A DNA stretch of 64,000 nucleotides from Octopus vulgaris (lineage: Eukaryota). Under the pieces are notes generated by a model. That model did not search any database. It was not told the DNA's origin and worked only from the letters and a program-made list of their open reading frames with translations. Of this stretch, positions 53,954 to 64,000 are shown in pieces. Position numbers and translations under genes: made by a program. The stretch spans positions 110,484,001 to 110,548,000 of the forward strand of contig OX597816.1 in assembly GCA_951406725.2 (NCBI GenBank). Reading direction: 5' to 3'. Position 1 is the first letter of the stretch; each line of letters begins with the position of its first letter.

Positions 53954-54853
53954 CGTTTTTCTTTCAACAGTACACATTCATCTTAGGCAACTACAAGCAG
54001 TGCGGCAACAACAATCTTCTATTCAGTGTACAAAAACTCGGCATAAACACCGCTCTAAAATTTAAAATTGCGTCAATCTAATGCTGATATATTATTTTAT
54101 CGACCACATGTTGATCAAAGCCAAATGAAATTGATATGAGCGGAGCATCGACTCACAATATAGAACACAACAATGCATTCATATGCATTTCATGAACACA
54201 CTAATGATTTTGCTAAAGCACCATTTAAATATTATACAAATAGCCATTTCCTTAACAGAGGATATTAATGGTTACAATATCTTCATTATTTGCAAAAACT
54301 TTAGTTTTCCCGAGATTGTTACTAATAAATACAAGTTCCAGCTTTGTTGACGGTAAAATATTGAAGCTCAAGAAGAGAATGCATAACTCTTTAATTTCAT
54401 CTTGCTTACACAAACTACTTTGCTTATTTCATATTAATAACATAATGAGTATTAAGGCGCATAATGTACACAAAGAAGAACTGGCTATATATAAATGCGT
54501 GCATTGATTAAATAAGGGGGAATCAACATTTCAGAAAAGGGGAAAAAATAACTGATATGGAATCATCGAACATTTAGAATAACACCGAGGGAATAAATCA
54601 ATCCAAATGATAACCGAATAGTTTTGCTCTTTTGTGCTCATGTTGGATGTAATTCTTATTTCGTTTTCCTCAGACATCATTCAATGCATTATTGCAATCA
54701 TTTTGTCGATTCATTTGTCTTTTAGTTCCAATGAAATAACTCCTAAACCAGGTACATACAGAAATATTTTATTATATATAATAATTCAAAACGACTGTCC
54801 CCTTTTGTAACTGAAGTGGATGCATTATTCTTGAAATATGTACATTATGTATA

Positions 54854-54927
<74 letters not shown>

Positions 54928-54980
54928 TATGTATATATATATATACATGTATATATATGTATATACATATATGTATATAT

Positions 54981-55186
54981 ATTTATTTTATAGAAGGAGC
55001 TTCTACAGGACTAGAACTGTTTCATTCAAAAGAAAACATCAGGAAGCTCCTGAGCTTCCTGATGATTTCTTTTGAATGAAACAGTTCTAGTCCTGTAAAC
55101 TCCTTCTATAAAATAAATTAATTTACTCTGCTATGTATTGAGTACCTTATTTACTGTGGTTAACCCCGACTCAACCCGGGACTTAT
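54981..55186. mobile_element. Fold-back element (family D): ~68-bp arms, 2-nt loop, each arm a type I hammerhead motif
   Basis: 54981-55049 is the near-perfect reverse complement of 55052-55118. Arm consensus GAGCUUC-CUGAUGA-U-UUC-UUUU-GAA-U-GAAA-CAG-UUCUAGUC-CUG-UA-GAAGCUC. Embedded in (TA)n. Confidence 0.85.
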
Positions 55187-55254
55187 ATATATGTATATAT
55201 ATGTATATATCAATGGGTGTGTAATTTTTCAATGTATACAAGTCACATGGAAGA

Positions 55255-55950
55255 ACAGATAAATAGTTATAAGGGTAGCAAACATTCACATAGGTACCAA
55301 GGATGTAACAGCCTACTTAAAAAGGTAGAAAATACAGCGCTAAGTGAAATTTTTTTGAATAACATTGATAAATAAATAAATGGAGTTAAACGCAAGTGTT
55401 ATTCAAATCTTTATACTTCGGACACATGTTTCCAACAAATATTTGATATAATTCCAGAAGGAATAAAATAATGTAAACAATAATGTAAAAAATGCAATCT
55501 TCTCATAAGGGAAAATAGAAACCAAAGAGCATTGGCAAAAACATACCTTTAGTTCCTATAAGAAATTTCTCCCAACATACAGAACTAGAACTTTAACATA
55601 TCTATTTCCACGACTTTAAGCTTTATTCTTATTTAACAAACTCTCTAAATTTCTCCACTATTAGTTTTCTGCTAATTTCTTTCATCCTCCCCCTCATTCT
55701 ATAAATTGCATTTGACGTTATATTTATTAACGTTGTTTCTTTAAAAAAATAATTTGGCAGCATTCTCTTCATCATAAAGGCAGTCATCACATTCTGATAA
55801 AACATCTTGTTGATGTGTTTGGTTTCTGTTTTCCCTGATGAAAAGCGTGATTTGTTTTACATTATACTTCTGGAAAAAGTATCAATGTTTCGTTCGAAAC
55901 ATATGTTGGAAGTATAAAGATTTGAATAACACCTGCTTTTAACTCAATTT
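55255..55950. mobile_element. Divergent pair of family C repeats with extended-stem-II hammerhead motif
   Basis: ~55380-55530 is an inverted copy of ~55815-55950. Plus arm: TTCC-CTGATGA(55835)-long hairpin-GAAAC-ATAT-GTT-GGAA(55911), with palindromic AACATATGTT. Minus-arm core is mutated (CTTATGA). Confidence 0.7.
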
Positions 55951-55991
55951 ATATATATATATATATGAATTTATATATATATATATATATA

Positions 55992-56023
<32 letters not shown>

Positions 56024-56057
56024 GCATATATATGCAAATACATATATATATATATAG

Positions 56058-56110
<53 letters not shown>

Positions 56111-56402
56111 ATATATATTTATATATTTAGTACGTTGACTACTTTTTCAAATTAAGTTTCCACTGATATAAGACTACAGATAAAATATATTGAACTTTTT
56201 TTGCTTCCTAAATTGTTGAATTGTCGTAATTTTATGAATAATTTCAGATTGAATGTGGCAGTTTAAGCTTATTTACTGCTGATAAGTTTGCGTAAGAACT
56301 TACGTCAGATTGGCTTGAAAATTTTAAGACAGATATTCCGGAGTTTTTCGATACAGACGCCTGTTGTGCGTATATTTGTCTCTCTAAATTTTCTTACTGA
56401 TG

Positions 56403-56434
<32 letters not shown>

Positions 56435-56641
56435 TTAATTAATTAAGGCTAGGCATTAATCATTAAATGACACAGAAACGATGCATCGTCTATCCAAAGA
56501 TGAATTAGGGTCAAATGTCTCTTTGTCTTTCACTCTATTTCTGCTATTTGAAAACTTAAAGTGGTGTTAGAGTCGATTCATGGCTGCTATTTTCCGCATT
56601 GGTTATCTGTTGACACCTAATTTATAATGTTAATGTATATA

Positions 56642-56743
<102 letters not shown>

Positions 56744-56851
56744 GTATATATATATGTATAGATATAGATATAGATAGATAGATATTTCTATATTTCTATA
56801 TGTATATAGATATGTATATGTATATATGTGTATATATGTATACATATATAT

Positions 56852-56900
<49 letters not shown>

Positions 56901-56903
<3 letters not shown>

Positions 56904-57070
56904 TCCCATTCTTTATTTTCTCTCCTTGTTTCTTTCCGGGTTCCTTTCTGTGGTAGAGCGTAGGTTCGAAATATGAAAGACTTTTTCATTTCCCGAGCGT
57001 TATACTGATACATCTATTTGTTGTCTACACAACCTGTCTTCGTCTTTTTTTTTTATTGTGAATTCTCTGT
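56901..57070 (+). mobile_element. Family A repeat with degenerate hammerhead motif, in (TA)n
   Basis: CCTTT-CTGTGGT-A-GAGCGTAGGTTC-GAAATATG-AAAGA. Homologous to 29920-30075 (minus) and 20680-20768 (minus). Confidence 0.7.
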
Positions 57071-57349
57071 ATATATACATAAGTAAGTGTGTATGTATGT
57101 ATACCTGCATGTATGTATATAATGAATAGAATTGGCTTTCCCCATTTTAATAATTAGATATGCATAACTTATTAGTTGTTTACAAATCGCGACTTTATTG
57201 TAGGTTTCTCACTTAAAAGAGGTTTACAAATTGACAATTTGGAGCTTGTTATTCACCGAGTAAGTAGCGTTGTGCAACTACGAATATAATCACAGACGCA
57301 TACATGCGCGCACCTCACATGCACACGCTGACATATTTACATATACATG

Positions 57350-57404
<55 letters not shown>

Positions 57405-57525
57405 TTATGTAAACATTTATATTAACATGCATACATACGTACACATACAAACACGCGCATATATATATGAATACACGCACACCGACATGTATACATAGAT
57501 ACATACACACACATACACACACACA

Positions 57526-57626
<101 letters not shown>

Positions 57627-58260
57627 TTAGTTATAGGAAGAAGGAGACAGATATACATGTCTGTATTGTTAATGTATATGCTTCGAACAATGATAAATCT
57701 CTTTTCATTAAAACTATTACAGTTTTATTAAAATACTGGATCGCGTGTATTTTAATCTGCGTTTTATATAATTAATAAAAGTGAGATATAATATCAGAAT
57801 AAGTTAACAAATTTATTGATATATGTCCATTAATAATGTACTATTTGTTCATATATAATTAAAATCTCTTTCCTGTCTCTAGGACTGTTTACATATTAGA
57901 AAGGAAGCAGGCTCATATATCAAAAATGTACGTGAGCAAATTTCTTAACTCTATGTGAAAATTGCCTATCTATCTTCCTATAATCAATTTATAGGAAGGT
58001 GCAAAATATTCATCACTGTTTTTCACTATGCTGTGGGCTGCAGCTAGAGGACAGGTACATTTTCTCAGAATAGCAAATTAGCAAACTACTAAACAGCCTG
58101 TTGAGAGACTGCCTCCCCTACTCTCAGTTCATCACGCTTACAGAAACAATGTGACTACATCAGTATTCAAACCAAACGCGAGTTTTTACAATTAAACTAT
58201 GTTTCATCCTTTCGATAAACCTATGTGTAGTACGGAAATGAGAGGATTTGTGTTTCTGTA

Positions 58261-58326
<66 letters not shown>

Positions 58327-58439
58327 CATACATACATAAATATATTATATATATATATATGTATATATATACATACATACATAAATATATTATATATATA
58401 TATCTATATATATATACATACATACATAAATATATTATA

Positions 58440-58831
58440 CTAGCAGTATCGCCCGGCGTTGCTCGGGTTTGTAAGGGAAATAATTATATAAGCATTTTTA
58501 GAGATGTAAAGTATAATAGCCATCTCAATATGGCTAACCACAAAGGGGAGGGGTGTTACTGTAGCTTTTTACGTTCTGAGATTTAATAATAAATTTTAGA
58601 GAGTTACTTCCCTTATATATGTCAAAAATGGATTAACAATGGGAAAAATTGATGGTAAATTTTTTTTAATCGTAGACTCATCGTAGACGCGCGCTAATAC
58701 CCAGACGGTCTCGATATGAATCACGACTATAAGATACCCGGTTTTGGTTAAACTGCACCGCAAAATGTGGGAGTAGTTAGGAATCTAAATCGTAGGAGAC
58801 AGACCCACAACCTCACTTTTATATATAAAGA
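58440..58831 (-). mobile_element. Non-autonomous Helitron (~392 bp)
   Basis: Minus strand begins TCTTTATATATAAAA and ends with a GC hairpin (CCCGAGC-AAC-GCCGGG) ~10 nt before a terminal CTAG. Inserted between A and T with no TSD. Confidence 0.88.
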
Positions 58832-58929
58832 TTTCCTCTATTTACATAATATTGAGGTCTCTTTCTTTCTTTTGTTATCTTACTGTTTTTACCAATATAC
58901 ATATATATATATATATAAATATATATATA

Positions 58930-59252
58930 GTTACAGAGATGTACTTGCATAGCAAGTGACTTGATCTGAGATCGTGTGCTGGAACGAAAACAGTTGCAGC
59001 GTTGAAGGTGTTTATAAGCCATTTAAGAAACACACAAAAACCGTTAGATTCACTTCAACATTTAAATTTAATTTGTCAAAATATTTTCGTCGCTTTGAGA
59101 CCGCGACCTGTTAGCACGATATTTTTGTCAGTGAACAGGTCGCGGTCTCAAAGCGACGAAAATATTTTGGCAAATTAAATTTAAATGTTGAAGTGAATGT
59201 AACGGTTTTTGTGTGTTTCTTAAATGGCTTACAAACACCTTCCACGCTGCAA
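58930..59252. mobile_element. Fold-back element (family E): 119-bp inverted arms, 21-bp spacer, variant hammerhead motif
   Basis: 58994-59112 is the reverse complement of 59134-59252 (about 4 mismatches). (TA)n on both sides. Confidence 0.88.
59124..59174 (+). ncRNA. Candidate type I hammerhead ribozyme with G3/C8 variant core
   Basis: UUUGUCA-GUGAACA-G-GUCGC-GGUCUCAAA-GCGAC-GAA-AAUAUU-U-UGGCAAA: 7-bp stem I, 5-bp stem II, palindromic stem III. Confidence 0.6.
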
Positions 59253-59334
59253 TATATATATATACACACATATATATATATGTATGTATGTATGTAGTGT
59301 GTATATGTGTATGCATGTATGTGTGTGTGTGTGC

Positions 59335-59550
59335 GTGTCTGTGCTTGTGATTGTCCTCCACCACTGCTTGACAACGAATGTTGGTTTGTTTACATCCCTG
59401 TCACCTAGTGGTTTGACAAAGGAAACATATAGAATAAGTACAATGCTTACAAAAATAAAACTGGAGTTGATTCATTAAACTACAATTCTTCAAGGCATTG
59501 CCCCAGCATGGCCACAGACCAATGGCTGGAAAAAGCAGAAGAATAAAAGA
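59335..59550 (+). mobile_element. SINE 3' portion following a (TG)n tract
   Basis: GCTTGACAAC...TTTACATCCC.GT.AC.TAG.GGTT.G.CAAA...ATAGAATAAGTAC...CCAGCATGGCCACAG. Homologous to 60522-60700 and 62885-63085 (minus). Confidence 0.75.
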
Positions 59551-59618
59551 ATACATTCTCTGCTTTGGTCTTATGTTCAAGGCATGAGAAAGCTTGAGTT
59601 TACATGAGAAAGCCTAAC

Positions 59619-59880
59619 AGACCTGGTAGAAACAGCAGCCAAATCTCCCTCAAATCACACCTTACTGTCTTATGTATGTATATATATATGAGCCAATGAG
59701 GGGGACCTCTACATGGTAGCTAGACCTGGTAGAAATAGCAGCCAAATTTCCCCCAAATCACACCTTACTGTCTTATCTATGTATATATGTATGAGCCTAT
59801 GAGGGAGACCCCTACATGGCAGCTAGACATGGTAGAAATAGCAGCCAAATCTCCCTCAAATCACACCTTACTGTCTTATC
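59619..59880. repeat. Tandem triplication of a ~103-bp unit
   Basis: AGAC.TGGTAGAAA.AGCAGCCAAAT.TCCC.CAAATCACACCTTACTGTCTTAT at ~59619, ~59722 and ~59825. Confidence 0.9.
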
Positions 59881-60443
59881 TTTCTGCTACTTGGATATAG
59901 GTCTTATATTCATCGTAAAAAACTTTCCTGTCACACACTCACGCACACGCACACACACATACACACACGCACCCTCACACACACACACACGCGCACACAC
60001 ACACACACACACGCACGTTAGCTTACAATTTTATTTATATATTTGCGTATCTATGTGTGGAAAGTGGAAGTGGGAGGCAGAGTGAAAGAATCACTCACTA
60101 CAGTAAGTGAATTAGTTTCATTTTATTCGTTGCCCACTGTGTGTGTGCGTTTGCGTGTGGTGTAAACCAGACTAAGAAAAGCATTTGACACACACACCAG
60201 AATGTGAGTTTTCTGTAAATTTTGCTTAATTGGAGTTTAAATTTTGAAAACTGGACCTGGCATGACGCGATGCATTGTACTCTTAAAAATGCAAGGTAAA
60301 TTGTAATTGAAGAAATCCTATATTGTAGATTTGTATAACTCCCAAAGGGAGGCAGATAAAATCTGCCTTTTATAATAAGATATATATATATGTATATATA
60401 TACATACATACATAAATTTATATATATATATATATATACATAC

Positions 60444-60516
<73 letters not shown>

Positions 60517-60521
60517 ATTGT

Positions 60522-60700
60522 GTCTGTGTTTGTCCCCCAACATCGCTTGACAATCGTGGCTGGTGTGCTTACGTCCCCGTAACTTAGCGGTTCGGCCTAA
60601 GCGACCGATAGAATAAGTACTAGACTTACACAGAATATGATCTGGGGTCGATTTGGTCGAATAAAGGCGGTGCTCCAGCATGGCTACAATCAAATGACTT
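60522..60700 (+). mobile_element. SINE 3' portion
   Basis: CATCGCTTGACAATCG...ACGTCCCCGTAACTTAGCGGTTCGGC...GATAGAATAAGTACTAG...GGCGGTGCTCCAGCATGGCTACA. Same family as 59335-59550. Confidence 0.8.
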
Positions 60701-61569
60701 TTTCTTGCTTGCTGCAACTGCTTGACTTGACTGCTTAAATGATATAATTGATGTTTTTATTTCACTGATTAAAGCAATATATCTTAAAGCCTGTAAAAGA
60801 AAGAATAGTGCATTCATGGATTACCTCAACAACAAATAACACTACTTGAAATGTGAAACAACTTTTACTACTGTATATATTTGGCCAGAAAGTAACTTCA
60901 ATCATAAACTTCTCTAAATTTAGTAAAATAGTGTGAAGCACTAACTAATGCCGAACGTAATGTGAGTTTGACTAAGGCAAAACAAGTGTGACGCATTTGA
61001 AAATAGAAATATTAGTTGTAGTGGAGGTTTTTGAAAGTTTTAAAAAAATAAACTGCTAGTTATTATTTTATCATCATTTCTCATAGCAAGCCACCCTGGC
61101 CATGTTCAATTTTAGAAATAAATTGAAATGCCATTACCGTAATATACATACGTATATGTATAAATATATATGTATATATGCATGTACACATGCATACATA
61201 TATACGTGTGTGTATGTATATATATATGTGTGTGCGTGTTTGCGCGCGCGCGCGTGTGTGCGTGTGTGTATGTATTTATGTACGTATAATTAAATAAATT
61301 CCACAGATATAAAGATAGATCTGATTCTTTCTGAAATGAAACTGGTAGACCAGACGACTGAATATAGTTTTAGAGGTTCTGATTGTGAATTTTGCATGTT
61401 TATATAAGTAAAATTTTCAGTGAGTCCTCCAGAGGTCGTTCTCAAAATCGTTCTCAAAATCTAACCTTTATTCTATACCTAGAATTCATACTTGAAGTAA
61501 TAGAAAATATTGTGCATTCGGATACTGTTTTAAATAAAACATCAAGTTCCAATTGCTGACACCTTGATG

Positions 61570-62131
61570 TCACTCCATGTATCTCATTAGATGTCCAGCA
61601 AGAGTTAGACAAAGTTTTCTTATGGCAGTTTAAATCTTTGAAAAACGCCCATATAAAGTCATGTTAATTGAGTACGACTGCCAGGAGACATTAAGGATAG
61701 TACGTGAAATACGGGTGTAGTTAGCATCTAACGTCCTTGTCAGGATCCATAACTCTGTACCATAAAGACGGATTGATTCCACATTGCCTTTGAAAAACTT
61801 AATTTTGATGTATCGATTGATTAGGGCAGAGTAAACATTATGGATAGAGTGATTAGCGTCCATGCTTGACCGATTCGAGTAGAGACATCAATAGATGTAT
61901 TGGAGTAGCGCGCAAGAACATGATCTCAACCTTTTCAGTTTACTTTCCATCAAGTAAATATAACGGAGGAGTGATGGATGGAGTTCGGTGTATGTAATTC
62001 GATTTCGATACGTCGAAGAACATACCAAGTTTCTGGGTTGTTCTTACAAAATGGGGGCGCAAATTCTTGGCTACTAACAAATTATCTTCAAGAGGGCTGG
62101 TATCATCTGCAAAAACAAACACTTTGGAGTT
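61570..62131 (-). mobile_element. Degraded RTE-like LINE RT C-terminal fragment
   Basis: VFVFADD (~62100-62122); IKIKFFKGNVESIRLYGTELWILTRTLDANYTRISRTILNVSWQ..TLYG (ORF 61630-61863), a typical post-RT region. Confidence 0.8.
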
Positions 62132-62179
62132 ACACATACATACACACAGATAGATAGATAGATCGACTGATAGATAGAC

Positions 62180-62258
<79 letters not shown>

Positions 62259-62884
62259 CAGATAGATAGATACAGGAATAGATACATGTATGCAATACTT
62301 ATTGCGTTAAATATGCTGAAAGCCGGTGGTTAAAATTAGATGTGTCTACTAACTCTCTCATGTCAAACGACATGTGTGCTTGAAAATATATTCCTGTGAA
62401 TGGGTTAATATTGTATAACTCTAATAATTACTATGAGTCATTTATCGCTTTAATTTCTTTTTCATGTATAGTATTGATCTAAAGTTTGTTGTCCTTCGAA
62501 ACACTCCCAGGAAGTATTGCGCCTGGTGTGATCATCAAGCTGATCGGAATATTACTTATTGATAACAACGTAATCGTCCATGGAATCAAACGTCACACCT
62601 GCAAAGATATCTGAACCAGTACTTACACTTATCTATCAGAAGAACTGCCGTATTCTTAATTTTACAAACATTAGATTATTGATGAATCACGCTGTACGCA
62701 CGAACACACCTCTATAAAGGCTTTTACTTACGTTACATATGTTTGTGTTTAGGCTTATATGCATATACACTTAGATATAGTTTTTATATATATATTCGTT
62801 CGTGCGTGCCTTTGTGTGCCTATGTGAGTGTGCATGTGTGTGTGTGAGTGTGTGTTCGTGCATTATACATGTAAGCATATATCT

Positions 62885-63085
62885 TATATCTGTTTCATTC
62901 ATTGAACTACAGCCATACTGAAGACCGCATTGAAGTATTTTTACTCGAATGAATCGCCCGGGTGCTTATGCTTATGCTTATTTTACGCCTAGTGTTTATC
63001 GGACATATTTGTCAAACTCTTAAATCACGTGAACGTAAACACATCAACACTGGATGTCAAGCGGTGATAAAGGTGGGTACAGACA
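62885..63085 (-). mobile_element. Degenerate SINE 3' portion
   Basis: Reverse complement of the 59335/60522 family (CGTAAACACATCAACACTGGATGTCAAGCGGTG). Confidence 0.6.
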
Positions 63086-63115
63086 CAGACACAGAACATA
63101 CACATACAGAAACTT

Positions 63116-63153
<38 letters not shown>

Positions 63154-63228
63154 TGTATGTATGTATATATATATATATATATGTTTGTATGTATGTATGT
63201 ATATATATATGTGTGTATATATATATAT

Positions 63229-63371
63229 CGATGTTCGTGTGCAGCAACTGTACCAGGGACTGCCACTCTAGATTTGGACTGTTCAGTCACAGCAGACGCT
63301 GCTCATCATCAAAGTAGGCCCCACCCTTGGCGCGACCCATTGTCTATCAAGACAGATGGGAAAAAAAGAAG
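63229..63371 (+). mobile_element. Extreme 3' end of an RTE (BovB-like) LINE with C-terminal C2H2-like motif, inserted in (TA)n
   Basis: [23 protein letters not shown] followed by a short UTR with hairpin CCCATTGTCT..AGACAGATGGG. Confidence 0.8.
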
Positions 63372-63374
63372 ATA

Positions 63375-63423
<49 letters not shown>

Positions 63424-63444
63424 ATATGTATGTATATATATATG

Positions 63445-63475
<31 letters not shown>

Positions 63476-64000
63476 TGCTGAGACAATATCTGTATATCTC
63501 CTGAGGAAACACAACTAGATCTCGTAATGCAGGGAAACGGTTGTATAACCAAGTACCCGCAAGCCTGGTGAGCACCGTTGCATAGAAACACTTGTAGTGA
63601 TTGAAAATAAATGTCTATTCGTACACCTTCTTGTTGACTCCAGCTTTGTCAATTATCTATTCACACACAACAGAATCACAAACACAAATCTAAAATTATG
63701 TATCATGCTACTACTGAATAGCAAACTACGAAATCGGAAGGTGGACGAGTTTATATTGTACTCTACTAAGTTCTGAACAGAATATAACATAACTATATAT
63801 ATCTATGTATGTATATATGATATATGTTTATATAATATATAAACATTCACACACATATACATACACCCATATATATCTACATATATACTTTATATTATAT
63901 ATAGATATTGAATAAACATAGGTAACAAATATGAAGATAGACCATATGAAAAAAGAGGACACATTTTGTAGCAGATCTTTCAAGCTTTTATGTGTGAAAA

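Noticed and set aside
59619-59880. CRISPR-like repeat-spacer array
   Set aside because: The 'spacers' are homologous to each other, the context is eukaryotic and there are no cas genes; it is a tandem repeat.

Overview
AT-rich, repeat-dominated eukaryotic (animal) DNA with no convincing host protein-coding gene. The SINE and microsatellite repertoire resembles octopus/cephalopod genomes; this is pattern recognition, not a database result. Mobile content: (1) a co-oriented stack of restriction-like-endonuclease non-LTR retrotransposons (R4/Dong-like) joined by (TAA)n-type microsatellites at 1-8.2 kb, with further copies at 11.6-12.2 kb and 24.5-25.8 kb; (2) one full-length and two deleted mariner elements, a pogo-like remnant, a non-autonomous Helitron and two related GG..CC-ended MITEs carrying TTAGGG repeats; (3) many tRNA-derived SINEs and RTE/CR1-like fragments. 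The main finding is a set of about five families of short non-coding elements, with no flanking-sequence similarity visible between families, embedded in (TA)n microsatellites. Each family carries a type I hammerhead ribozyme (HHR) motif, and four loci form divergent fold-back structures typical of Penelope-like element ends or retrozymes. One locus has a ~560-bp tandem unit with an HHR in each copy. Another has an apparent natural C3G/G8C compensatory core variant (GUGAACA). Ribozyme folds were derived by eye and activity is untested.
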